From positions 124,001 through 188,000 of the forward strand of contig NIVC01001239.1 of NCBI GenBank assembly GCA_002269645.1: DNA of 64,000 nt, in the 5' to 3' direction. This document shows positions 46,696-59,309 of this stretch, piece after piece. Source of the DNA: Macrostomum lignano (lineage: Eukaryota). The position numbers and the translations under genes are program-made. Below the pieces are notes generated by a model. The model was not told the DNA's origin. It saw only the letters and a list, made by a program, of their open reading frames with translations, and did not search any database. Positions within the stretch are counted from its first letter, which is position 1. Every line of letters starts with the position of its first letter.

Positions 46696-47119
46696 TTTGG
46701 CAGTCTAACTATATATATTTTTGGAGCAATTTTTTCACAGAATATAGCTAACAGTCTGCAATATGTAGTATGCTCGTACTTTTGTAAAGCAACTCTCACA
46801 GCGAATGCGAAGTCTTTTGTTTTGTTGCCAATATTGCCGATTAAAAAAGTATAACTTTATTAGTTGTCAAGTTTCCTGTAATAAAAATTCTGATAATCAG
46901 AGGTATTTTTTTGCTAAATTTACTTACACACAGTGCGTCTGATTTATTTAATAAAGAGTCTGTCTGTCTGTAAGGTAAAAATAATTACTTAGGATGACAG
47001 ACAACCACTTATATCAACTCTGACTGTCTTGCAACTCAAAATTCATAAAAACAGCTTTATGACAGGCAGCTGTGAGTAGGGGTTGGGTAGTTTGAAGAGC
47101 AAAAGGCTGAAAAAAAATC

Positions 47120-47423
<304 letters not shown>

Positions 47424-47820
47424 TTACTGTGCTTCCTTACATCTCGCGGCCTCCAATGTAGAACATTTCCGACAGGAGACAGTTCCCCAGGGCATGCACC
47501 TAAATATGCATTGCGTGTGCCGCCAGCCCGCAATTCCAAAAATAGCCAATGGACAGCAGATGCAGATTTAGCCAGCCAACTGCACATTTATGCTTATCAG
47601 TCAATACGCACAAGAAACGCAAGTTAAAGCTGAATGCACTGGCAAATATTTGTTAAGTTTAGTCAGCTTTGGGAATCGGTCAGTTGGACAAAACTCGCGA
47701 GGGTCTGGTCTTGCATCACTAATCTAAACTGTAGGGCTTGCAAATCTGATAAGAGCCTTGATAGGGTACAAATATAGCGTCTAACACTACCATTAAAAAT
47801 ACGTTTGAAAAGTCTGACAG

Positions 47821-50800
47821 GAAACCTTGAGCAATGCCAGGCAGCGGTTCACCCAACGAGAGCAAACTGCTCTGCCTGCCTCGCAGCCGTCAGTCGGCAG
47901 CGCTGTTTCTTGGAAACCAATCAATTGCCGTTCAAATTGGCGCGAGAATTTCCAAAGTAGTTTTGATCGATTCAAGCGATACAAGTCAACTGCTGATCTT
48001 CTTGTTGAGCTTTACCGATGCCGAGACTCACTCTAGCGACTGCTTGAACTTTCTGCAAACCTGGGACGACAAAGACCAGCAGCTGCAGACGGTCTTTGTT
48101 AATCGAATGTTGCCAGAGATGACAGCTGAGCTACCGAAGTTTTCTGATAAGTAAGTTTTTGGGATGATACAGAAATGGGATCTGGGATGATCCAGAAATG
48201 GGATTTGGGATGATACAGAAATGGGATTTGGGATGATACAGAAATGGGATTCGGGATGATACAGAAATGGGATCTGGGATGATCCAGAAATGGGATTTGG
48301 GATGATACAGAAATGGGATTTGGGATGATACAGAAATGGGATCTGGGATGATACAGAAATGGGATTCGGGATGATACAGAAATGGGATCTGGGATGATCC
48401 AGAAATGGGATTTGGGATGATACAGAAATGGGATTCGGGATGATACAGAAATGGGATCTGGGATGATACAGAAATGGGATTTGGGATGATGCACAAATGG
48501 GATCTGGGATGATACACAAAGGGATCTGAGATGATACAGAATTGGGATTTGGGATGATACACAAATGGGATCTGAGATGATACAGAAATAGGATCTGAGA
48601 TGATACAGAAATGGGATCTGGGATGATACAGAAATGGGATTCGGGATGATACAGAAATGGGATCTGGGATGATACAGAAATGGGATTTGGGATGATGCAC
48701 AAATGGGATCTGGGATGATACACAAAGGGATCTGAGATGATACAGAAATGGGATTTGGGATGATACACAAATGGGATCTGAGATGATACAGAAATAGGAT
48801 CTGAGATGATACAGAAATGGGATTTGGGATGATGCACAAATGGGATCTGGGATGATACAGAAATGGGATCAGGGATGATACAGAAATGGGATCTGGGATG
48901 ATACAGAAATGGGATCTGGGATGATACAGAAATGGGATCTGGGATGATACAGAAATAGGATCTGGGATGATACAGAAATGGGATCTGGGATGATACAGAA
49001 ATGGGATCTGGGATGATACAGAAATGGGATCTGGGATGATACAGAAATGGGATCTGGGATGATACAGAAATGGGATCTGGGATGATACAGAAATGGGATC
49101 TGGGATGATACAGAAATGGGATCTGGGATGATACAGAAATGGGATCTGGGATGATACAGAAATGGGATCTGGGATGATACAGAAATGGGATCTGGGAAGA
49201 TAAAGAAATGGGATCTGGGATGATACAGAAATGGGATCTGAGATGATACAGAAATGGGATCTGGGATGATACAGAAATGGGATCTGGGAAGATAAAGAAA
49301 TGGGATCTGGGATGATACAGAAATGGGATCTGGGATGATACAGAAATGGGATCTGGGATGATACAGAAATGGGATCTGGGATGACACAGAAATGGGATCT
49401 GAGATGATACAGAAATGGGATCTGGGATGATACAGAAATGGGATCTGGGATGATACAGAAATGGGATCTGGGATGATACAGAAATGGGATCTGGGATGAT
49501 TCAGAAATGGGATCTGGGATGATACAGAAATGGGATCTGAGATGATACAGAAATGGGATCTGGGATGATACAGAAATGGGATCTGGGATGACACAGAAAT
49601 GGGATCTGAGATGATACAGAAATGGGATCTGGGATGATACAGAAATGGGATCTGGGATGATACAGAAATGGGATCAGGGATGATACAGAAATGGGATCTG
49701 GGATGAAACAGAAATGGGATCTGGGATGATACAGAAATGGGATCTGGGATGATACAGAAATGGGATCTGGGATGACACAGAAATGAGATCTGAGATGATA
49801 CAGAAATGGGATCTGGGATGATACAGAAATGGGATCTGGGATGATACAGAAATGGGATCTGAGATGATACAGAAATGGGATCTGGGATGATACAGAAATG
49901 GGATCTGGGATGATACAGAAATGGGATCTGGGATGATACAGAAATGGGATCTGGGATGACACAGAAATGGGATCTGAGATGATACAGAAATGGGATCTGG
50001 GATGATACAGAAATGGGATCCAAGATGATGATGAAATGGGATTTGGGAATATAATAAATATAGAATAAGTTGCAGAATAAACATATGTATCACAGAATAA
50101 GAATTTTATGCAAATTATACATTCTTCTCCACATAAACTTGTGCAGAAATAGAATAAGTGCATAATAGAAACTCATACCATTCGTATTGGTGTTGCAAAT
50201 TACTTACACTTGCAGATATCGAGTGGTGGACTTCAAAGACCAGATCCCCAAAGCAGCAAGTCTGATAGCCGATCTGGCAGAGCTGCAAGCCTCTGAGCTG
50301 TTTTATCCGTCTTATCCCGGATTTGCCGGCAATGTCGGAGGATCTCGGTGGACTCTGATCCACTGCGACTCGACTGCGGCCTGCGTGATCAGGGTGAGAC
50401 AGACGACTTGGCTCTGACTGTCACCCAGCTGTCGTTTTACTGGGTACTCTTTAGAGTACTTTTTAAACTCTTCTCTTAGACTGAGTACTCTTCTCTTAGA
50501 CTGAGTACTCTTCTTTTAGACTGAGCACTTTTCTGTTAGACTGAGCACTCTTCTGTTAGACTGGGCACTCTTCTGTTAGACTGAGCACTCTTCCCTGAAA
50601 CTGAGCACTCTTCTGTTAGACTGAGCACTCTTCCCTGAAACTGAGCACTCTTCTGTTAGACTGAGCACTCTTCTGTTAGACTGGGCACTCTTCCCTGAAA
50701 CTGAGCACTCTTCTCTTAGTCTGAGTACTCTTCTGTTAGACTGAGCACTCTTCTGTTAGACTGAGTACTCTTCTCTTAGACTGAGCATTCTTATGTTAGA

Positions 50801-52228
50801 CTGAGCACTCTTCTCTTAGACTAAGCACTCTTACGTTAGACTGAGTACTCTTCTGTTAGACTGAGCACTCTTCTGTTAGACTGAGCACTTTTCTGTCAGA
50901 CAGGGCACCCATATACTGTTCTTAGCACTTGTTCATGCTAAAATTTGGCGCTACCGCTCTTTTAAGTTAGTTATCAAAATTTGAGTAACTAAAAAGAATG
51001 AGCAAGTCTTTAATATCGTCATGCAGCGCTAAGAAAAATAAGGAAATTGAATAAGCAAATTTGAAATTCAAATTCGCCAAACAGCCATCTGTCTGGCTGT
51101 GCGGTTTTTAATGGCACCCAGAATTATTAATTAAACTTTTGTCCGGCTTTTTCAGATCAGCCCTGGCAGCGACGGTGGCCACAGCCTGCAGACTGTCGAG
51201 TCGGTGCTGAACCCTGAGCTGCACTCAAAACTGTCTGCCGCAAAGGGAAGCCTTGCCGCTCAATATCTATCTACCTGTTACGAAGAAGAGAGTTTGAATT
51301 CTTGGCTGATGAAGCTGTCATGGTTGGATCAGACAGGTAAGTGCCCTACGATAAATTTGCTGTTCTGAAAAGATTTTTACGATATATTGGCGCCACAAAG
51401 TCCCATTTGGCGCCACTACATGTATCTATCATTTGGCGCCCACAGTCTCCCATATTGCGCCACAGTCTCCCATTTGGCACCACAGTCTCCCGTATGGCGC
51501 CACAGTCTCTCATATGGCACTAAGTCTTTCATAGGGCGCCAAAGTCTCCCATTCGGCGCCACAGTCTCCCATTTGGCGCCTACAGTCTCCCATTTGGCAC
51601 CCACAGTCTCCCATTTGGCACCCACAGTCTCCCATTTGGCACCCACAGTCTCCCATTTGGCGCCCACAGTCTCCCATTTGGCGTCACAGTCTCCCATTTG
51701 GCGTCACAGTCTTCTATTTGGCGCCACAAAAACTAATAACAGTTCTCTAATTCTCTAATTGACAATTAGAAAAATTTGCTGAATATTCTACTTTTTCTTC
51801 CCTAAAAAGTAGTATAGTAAAGACATTAGCTTAACTTACAGCATCAGTATCCAAAAATATTTCAGAGAAGTTTCGTGAAGACTTCGCCATCATTGTGCAG
51901 CCAGCTTTGAAGGCCTTCGCTGATGTCATTCGCACGGAGCTGCAGGGTGCTGAAAACCAGACGCCCCTGCTAGCGGCTGTATATGACAGCCTGTTTGTCT
52001 GTCAGTACTGTAGGGACTCGCTGATCACTGAGCTGAAGACAGAGGATGGGGCCCATCGCGTGAGTACACAATGGGAGATTAAATTAATTGGGGAGAAAGT
52101 GTCAGATAGCATTTTATTAAAGTAGACCTTGTGAAGTGCAAAGATGTGTTTGTTTCCAATTTCAGGCAGTTCGCTTTGTCAGAGACATCGAATTCCTTGG
52201 CATGCTGGGCTCACTGGCAAACTGTTAA
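47821..52228 (+). CDS. Uncharacterised multi-exon protein; exons (47821-47984 tentative), 48037-48150, 50216-50393, 51156-51336, 51866-52059, 52166-52228
   Basis: Five exons with canonical AG/GT(A/G)AG boundaries join in a continuous frame: DCLNFLQTWDDK...PKFSDK|YRVVDFKDQIP...CVIR|ISPGSDGG...WLDQT|EKFREDFAII...GAHR|AVRFVRDIEFLGMLGSLANC*. The 5' end is unresolved and no family was recognised. Confidence 0.8.
48160..50045. repeat. 23-bp satellite (gatacagaaatgggatctgggat) filling an intron
   Basis: About 80 copies starting ~10 nt after the splice donor at 48151. Confidence 0.97.
50470..50900. repeat. 20-bp minisatellite (ctgagcactcttctgttaga), intronic
   Basis: About 21 copies. Confidence 0.94.
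51385..51730. repeat. 20/21-bp minisatellite (ggcgccacagtctcccattt), intronic
   Basis: About 16 copies. Confidence 0.92.
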
Positions 52229-52456
52229 ACTGCACGAATTTAAATTTAGCGGACAATAATAACTACTTGCAAGCATGAGTAACAGTAGTGCCATTAGCAC
52301 AAAAAACAAAAACGCCATGATTTTTTTCAGTTTTAAATAAATATCCAGCAATTGACGTTCAGCATCAAAGCTGCATCAATGTTTTATAAATATCCAAAAC
52401 TCTGCTTGCATTTTTGTTTTACTAATTAACTCATTACTACAATTAAATAATTGTAA

Positions 52457-52737
52457 GCTAGTGGTTAGAGCGTAAGACTCACGACTTGAAAGGTCGTGGG
52501 CTCGATTCTCGACCCATTCGGAACAATTTGTGTCCTTCAGCAAGACACTTAACTCTGCATTGCTTCAGTTCACCCAGCTGTAAAATGGGTGCCAGCATTA
52601 GCTGGAGTAATTGAGGCTGTGTGTTGGGACCCCCCCCCCAGTCCTTGGATTGAACAGCCGTACGCAGCCTTCAGCTGCGGCTGAGCTGTCGGTTGCACAT
52701 CTGGCCAATTAGTGTGTTGGGCTAGATGTGCAACCGA
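52457..52737 (+). mobile_element. tRNA-derived SINE, copy 1
   Basis: A-box-like gctagtggttagagcg, B-box-like gggctcgattctc, central gtgtccttcagcaagacacttaactc...cacccagctgtaaaatgggtgccagc, and 3' hairpins. A homologous copy lies at 60109-60298. Confidence 0.85.
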
Positions 52738-52739
52738 GG

Positions 52740-53370
52740 TGTGTTTGTGATGCATAAGGTGTATTTGTGGTGTACAAGATGTGTCTGTGGTGCACAAGAT
52801 GTGTTTGAGGTGTACAAGATGTGTTTGAGGTGTACAAGATGTTTTTGTGGTGTACAAGATATGTTTAAGGTGTACAAGATGTGTTTGAGGTGTACAGGAT
52901 GTGTTTGAGGTGTACAAGATATGTTTGTGGTGTACAAGCTGTGTTTGAGGTGTACAAGATGTGTTTGAGGTGTACAGGATGTGTTTGAGGTGTACAAGAT
53001 ATGTTTGTGGTGTACAAGATATGTTTGAGGTGTACAGGATGTGTTTGAGGTGTACAAGATATGTTTGTGGTGTACAAGCTGTGTTTGAGGTGTACAGGAT
53101 GTGTTTGAGGTGTACAAGATATTTTTGTGGTGTACAAGCTGTGTTTGAGGTGTACAAGATATGTTTGTGGTGTACAAGCTGTGTTTGAGGTGTACAAGAT
53201 GTGTTTGTGGTGTACAAGATATTTTTGTGGTGTACAAGCTGTGTTTGAGGTGTACAAGATGTGTTTGTGGTGTACAAGATATGTTTGTTGTCTGCAAGAC
53301 GTGTTTATGGTGTCAAAAGACGTGTTTATGGTGTCAAAAGACGTGTTTGTGGTGTACAAGATGTGTTTGT
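52740..53370. repeat. 20-bp minisatellite (gtgtacaagatgtgtttgag)
   Basis: About 30 copies directly after the SINE. Confidence 0.95.
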
Positions 53371-53704
53371 GATTAATTCATCTATCTAAGCTTATAGAAG
53401 CATTGAAACTGAAACAGATAAAATTCTTTAGTCAATTTTGAATCGATAACTCATCTCACTTATAGTTAGTTTAACAGCACAGGATAGGTTAAGTGTTTCC
53501 TCGGCTTGGCACTTTCCGCCATAGACAGACTGGAAAAAATTTGCTGCGAGACCTCCCACTTGCCGCAGCGCAAACAACAAACCCAAGGTACTTCGCTAAA
53601 AACGATTTTTGACTGCTAAGGCTCCGCTTCATTGCAGCAGCAACCCTTGAGAACCAATTGTTCCCTTTGTTTTTTAACTAACCCGATCGCAAACAAAGAC
53701 CGTC

Positions 53705-56700
53705 ATGTTGGAGGCGACGTCCAGTGAAGAAAAAACGACCGTGGTAGTCGACGATGAAGAGGAGAAAAGAAAGATGCTGAGTATCTTTCGAGATGAAAGC
53801 GGCAAAAATGACGATTGGAACAAGAAGTACATTCATAGCAGCCTGTTTCTGCTGGGCTGCGGTGCTTACGGAAGCGTCTTCCAGGTGAGCAGAGAAGAAG
53901 CACAGCGCATTGCTGTAAAAACAGCCACAGTGTCACATAGACTGTAGTTTTTACCAATTTTTCAAGCACTCACCGCTTACCTTCTTTACACAGCACACAA
54001 CGTCACATAGTGTGTGTATTTGCGATGTAATGGAGCAACGAATTCACACAGTACACACATTCACACAGTACACACATTCACAAAGTACACACATTCCCAA
54101 AGTACACACCTTCACGCAGTACACACATTCACACGGTACACACTACAGTACACACCTTCACACAGTACACACATTCACACAGTACACACCTTCACACAGT
54201 ACACACCTTCACACAGTACACACATTCACACCGTACACACATTCACACAGTACACACCTTCACACAGTACACAAATCACACAGTACACACATTCACACAG
54301 TACACAAATCACACAGTACATACATTCACACAGTACACACATTCACACAGTACACACCTTCACACAGTACACAAATCACACAGTACACACATTCACACAG
54401 TACACATATCACACAGTACACACATTCACGCAGTACACACCTTCACACAGTACACACATTCACACAGTACACAAATCACACAGTACACACATTCACACAG
54501 TACACACATTCACACAGTACACACATTCACACAGCACACACATTCACACAGTACACAAATCACACAGTTCACACATTCACACAGTACACACATTCACACA
54601 ATACACATTTTCACGCAGTACACACATTCACGCAGTACAAACCTTCACACAGTACACACATTCACAAAGTACACACGTTCACACAGTACACACCTTCACA
54701 CAGTACACACATTCACACAGTACACACATTCACACAGTACACACCTTCACACAGTACACAAATCACACAGTACACACCTTCACACAGTACACACATTCAC
54801 ACAGTACACACATTCACACAGTACACACCTTCACACAGTACACAAATCACACAGCCCACTGCTGTAGACGCTGAACCTACCTCTGCATAGCTATCGCTGT
54901 TAAATTATTATCTCGATGCAGTCCCTCGCCATCGCGAAACACACCTTCGCAGGTGACAACCCGGCTGTACACGCAGAGCAAGCAGAAGATCGCCAAAGAC
55001 AGGTACATCTATCATCCGGACTTCCTGGCCACAATTGCCTCGCAGAAGAGAATCAAAGTGGAACAGCAGGACAAAATGAAGGATCGCCTCAGAGACGACC
55101 GACTGTTAGACATCGTGGCGGTTAAATACGAAATACTCGAACAGTCTCACCTGGAAGACGGCGCCACAAGGTTTTTTCTATTCTTACGTCGGGAATTCCT
55201 CATCATGGACACCATCTGGCGAAAATATCCTCGCCTATTGGTGGGCTTTCCGATGGTCTTCGACTTCGGTTACATTGGCGACAAGCTGCAGTACGGAGTG
55301 AATCCAAAGTACAAAAACATTTTCACCTACCTGAACATGCAAGGCGAAGAGGTGAAGTTCTTCGCCGACACGCACAACCGCAATTTGGAGGGCGTAACTA
55401 AGATCTCCTTCATGACCATGGAGCTGCTTGGCCCGTCTATTGACGATTTTCGCAACTACTTCGAGCCCTGGTACTCCGACAACAAGTTGAAAACGTTCTT
55501 CCAGGTGCGAACGGTGTTCAGAATTGCGGACCAGTTTCTGTGCAGGCTGTACGTCCTGCACCGTTCCGGATTCGTGCATCACGACCTGAAGCCGGACAAT
55601 ATTGCGGTTGGCAACGGGCGAGCAATGAACACTGTGTACCTGCTGGACTTTGGCTTCTCGAAACAGGTGCGTCAATTTTGATTAAATAATTTTTCGATTT
55701 GGCAAGAGCTGAGTTATTACTTGCTAGGGAAGAGCTTGACGCAAGCAGCTCACTAGGGGAAGATTGCGTCTCAAGCACGTTAGAAATGTTTGCCACCTAG
55801 GATCTCAATGATCCTGAAATCCAATTGACGCAGGAGGGGACGGAAGTTATGTTTAGCCAAAATCTTGGAGAAGCATAAGCATGTACGGTCGTACTTGAAA
55901 CCAATCGGTTATCGGTCAAAACCAATTCGGCACCCTTTAATGCCATAAATGGAACCCCTTCAGAATCTCCCAAAGCGCGACCATCCAATCTCAATTCTCT
56001 TTTTCCAGATAGGCAACGATTGCGCGTCGGAGTGGATGGGCTCCCGCAAGTTCATCGCGGTTGACACCTTCCTCAACGAGAAGCCAAACTACGCGCAGGA
56101 CATTGAGAGCTGGTTCTACATCGTCTTCACCCTACTGTACGACGCCCTGCCCTGGTCCGAGGAGTTCATCGGGCCTCTAGTCGGCGAGAATGCCGAAGAA
56201 TCAGCCAAGTGGAATCTGGTGAACAACATGAAGAAGACCTGGTGGGCGAACCGTCAGAAGCGGAGAGCCTGTACTCCATGATGGACACCATAGCCAAGAT
56301 CCATTCCTACGAGGTGCCCGACATTCGCAACATTATCGACCAGTTGCACAGGAAGACGCGAGATTTGCGCGGCACTCTGCGTCAAATGAACGACGCTCAA
56401 ACGATGAACTCTGAGCTGGCTAACATCAACTCAAACGTGTCCAAAGGCTACATGTCCATCCGCAAGGTACTGCTGCAGATTTTTGATCTGCCCGGCATCT
56501 GGAAGAATCCCCACATCGGGGACAGCGAACTGCGAGCCTACATGGAGACCCGCCAGGACAAGAACTATCCAACTTACACCTGGGACCGGCAAAACTTCCG
56601 CTGGGAGTGGGACCGAAACCACGAGAGAATGCTGTCGCTCAAGCCTGGTCCGGATGCGGCAGGCATCTCAGAAACGCAGTCAATCGCTCTGGCCTTCTCA

Positions 56701-57393
56701 AAAGTCTCCGAGCAGCTGGGCAGACGGGAGAGTCACGACAATTCACGATCATCAGCCACTGCCGCCATGGCGGAGGCGCCGGCCCCTGTCGTGTCGGCTG
56801 TACCTAAGGATGACGCTCAGGAGCCCGTCGTGATGGACACCCCGGAGACCAACAGTAACATAAGCCCGGGGGCCAAGCACCTGAAGCATCTGTTGTCGAC
56901 GCTGCACAACACGTCATTGGATCCGGGTCTTCGCCAGCGTGCCAGACAGGCGCTGATGATCGGCGCGGACTCCGGCTGGGGCAAGCGAGCCCGACCGGAC
57001 GAGATCAGCTACGTGTACGACCGTCGGCGCGACTCTCTGGTGCCGAAGAACAGCGGCCGGAGGCACATCGAGCCTGGCCGAGGCAGCATGAGGCAGAGCT
57101 ACGGCAGCGGCATCTTCAAGGTGTCCAATGCAGCCGGTCGCGGCGAAGTGAACTCGCTGGAGAGGATGCTGCTGAACAACAGGCACAACCAGGACGTTTC
57201 AACGCAGCTGGACACTGTATGGCGATCGGCTCTTCCCAGAGTGTTGACTAGAAAATCGTCAAAATCGGTGGCGCCTCAGTCGGCGGCAGAGGCGGCCAAG
57301 CTGTCGAAAAGCCGCGCCAGTACTCGCCGTCGCAGGCTGAGCAGCGGCGGCGTCATGAGCGCCCATCGGAAGGCATCAAAGCGACGCGATTAA
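53705..57393 (+). CDS. Divergent casein kinase 1/TTBK-family Ser/Thr kinase with an apparent frameshift; exons 53705-53884, 54953-55666, 56009-57393 (frame change within ~56230-56260)
   Basis: G-loop LGCGAYGSVF, VAVKYE, MTMELLGPSI, GFVHHDLKPDNI, VYLLDFG, MGSRKFIAV and DIESWFYI...LPW. The ..YEVPD kinase end and a long basic tail continue in the -1 frame. Exon junctions are phase 0 GT-AG. Confidence 0.87.
54035..54855. repeat. 17-bp minisatellite (cacacagtacacacatt) in kinase intron 1
   Basis: About 48 copies. Confidence 0.95.
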
Positions 57394-57692
57394 CTGGTCG
57401 AACCAGACCGAAAAGAAAACACGGCTGACAACTGACTCGCCGAATTCAGCCGGAAATGCGCACTCGTTTTTCGTTTTCATATGTTTCCTCCTATCAGATT
57501 TTTTTCCAAACTCATCTCAAACCGACTGCGTAAGCAACTGCTTGAAGATCTGGCTCTTCAGTTTTTGCCATTTTTTGTTAGCAAACAAAACAATGGAAGA
57601 CGTGCATTTTCTTTCTTAGATGCTTAAATAGAAAATATCGAATCCGTGAACTCAAACATTTGTTGTTCTTGCTCTTAATTTAGTTTGACTAC

Positions 57693-57944
57693 TCAGTGAT
57701 TAGGATGATTATTGTACAAACACAATAACGGGTAGACGGGGGTGAACGCGTCCGACACTCGTGTCACGACCCCTGGTTCGATTCGTTTCGGGCTTTTCTG
57801 CACAAAATTTGGCCAGGGGGTGATGTGCGATTCACAGTCATGAAGGCCAATCCCGATGAAAATAATACCTAGGCCAAGGCCAAGAAGCGTCCCGGAGTCA
57901 CTTGCGTCTCTCCAGAGTCGTTTCAGACGCGTTGCAGATGACAT
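57693..57944 (-). CDS. Possible small single-pass membrane protein (83 aa)
   Basis: ATG-initiated non-repetitive ORF with one hydrophobic segment (TLLGLGLGIIFIGIGL); no other support. Confidence 0.3.
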   Translation of the reverse strand: MSSATRLKRLWRDASDSGTLLGLGLGIIFIGIGLHDCESHITPWPNFVQKSPKRIEPGVVTRVSDAFTPVYPLLCLYNNHPNH

Positions 57945-58084
57945 AGGTAGAATAGGAAAGAAGTGGTTCTAAGACGGCTCTAAAACGATGAGATGTCACG
58001 GTTCAAGTCGCCAAAAAGTCGTCAAAGAGACGCCCCAGAATCACTTTGAAGCGTTTTATTGTCTGCGACTCTGATACGATTCTG

Positions 58085-58410
58085 GCGCGACTCTAGTTAC
58101 TCTGGGGCGACTCTAGTGACTCTGGAGCGACTCTAGTGACTCTGGGGCAACTCTAGTTACTCTGGGGCGACTCTAGTTACTCTGGAGCGACTCTAGTTAC
58201 TCTGGAGCGACTCTAGTGACTCTGGGGCGACTCTAGTTACTCTGGGGCGACTCTAGTGACTCTGGGGCGACTCTAGTTACTTTGGGGCGACTCTAGTGAC
58301 TCTGGGGCAACTCTAGTGACTCTGAGGCGACTCTAGTGACTCTGGGGCGACTCTAGTGACTCTGGGGCGACTCTAATGACTCTGGGGCGACTATAGTTAC
58401 TCTGGGGCGA
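58085..58410. repeat. 20-bp minisatellite (ctctagtgactctggggcga)
   Basis: About 16 copies. Confidence 0.95.
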
Positions 58411-59309
58411 CGGTATAACGCTTCTGGGACCGTAGAGTCGTTTTTGTGGCGTCACTGCTTGATGAAGTGGAGTCACATTTAGAATCACGTGACGCGATTG
58501 TGATGCAACAGTTGCCTCTCAGTCGCATTTGACGCGTTTGAGTTGTTAAACAGTCACAAGAGTCGACCCAGACGCACAAGATTCACTAGAGAGTTTGGCG
58601 AGCTCATGTGGGTGGCAAACTGCCACACACTGCCACAAACTGTAACTGGCGAGCTCATTTGGAACAAAAACTTACGATTTGCTTGAATCGTTAGTCAACA
58701 AGCGATGATGTCTTGCATTTATATAAAAGTGTGTATTTTTGGCCAGAATTAGGTTCAAAAAAGCATTTAGATGGAAGCACAATTGAAACTACAGCAATAC
58801 GAGTATGAAGTCGGAGCGTCTAAAATACATTTGGTAAAGAGATGGAAAATGTAAAAAAGTTTACAATCTTGTGTAAAACAATACTGCCTAAGTGTTGGTA
58901 CATCATCGTTACTTCATAGCCAAATTGTGAAATACACAATTATTAATGTAATAATAACAAAATATTTTATTACAAACGTATTAAAATATAAAAGTACAAA
59001 GAGCTCAATAAAAGTACACTGAGAACGGTGACAAGGAGGTGACAAGAAAACTATTAATAATCATTTCAAAGATGATATTGATTTATTATTTCTTGAAAAA
59101 ATGATGTAGAAAAATTTCTTATGAGTATCTAGCACTTACAGGTTAAGCAGACTTGGGCGCGGTTAGTAATCAGCGCAGACAAATAGGCAGGTTGCGCGTC
59201 AGAAATAAATTAAAATTCACCCGCCAGAGTTGGTGGATTGCACAGAAAGACTGACTATGGCGTAGTTTGAGTCCGGTTGAATCAGTCCAACAGCATTGGG
59301 CGGTTCAGA

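Noticed and set aside
56220-56281. Programmed -1 ribosomal frameshift in the kinase
   Set aside because: No X XXY YYZ slippery heptamer seen in the overlap; an indel or sequencing error is more parsimonious.
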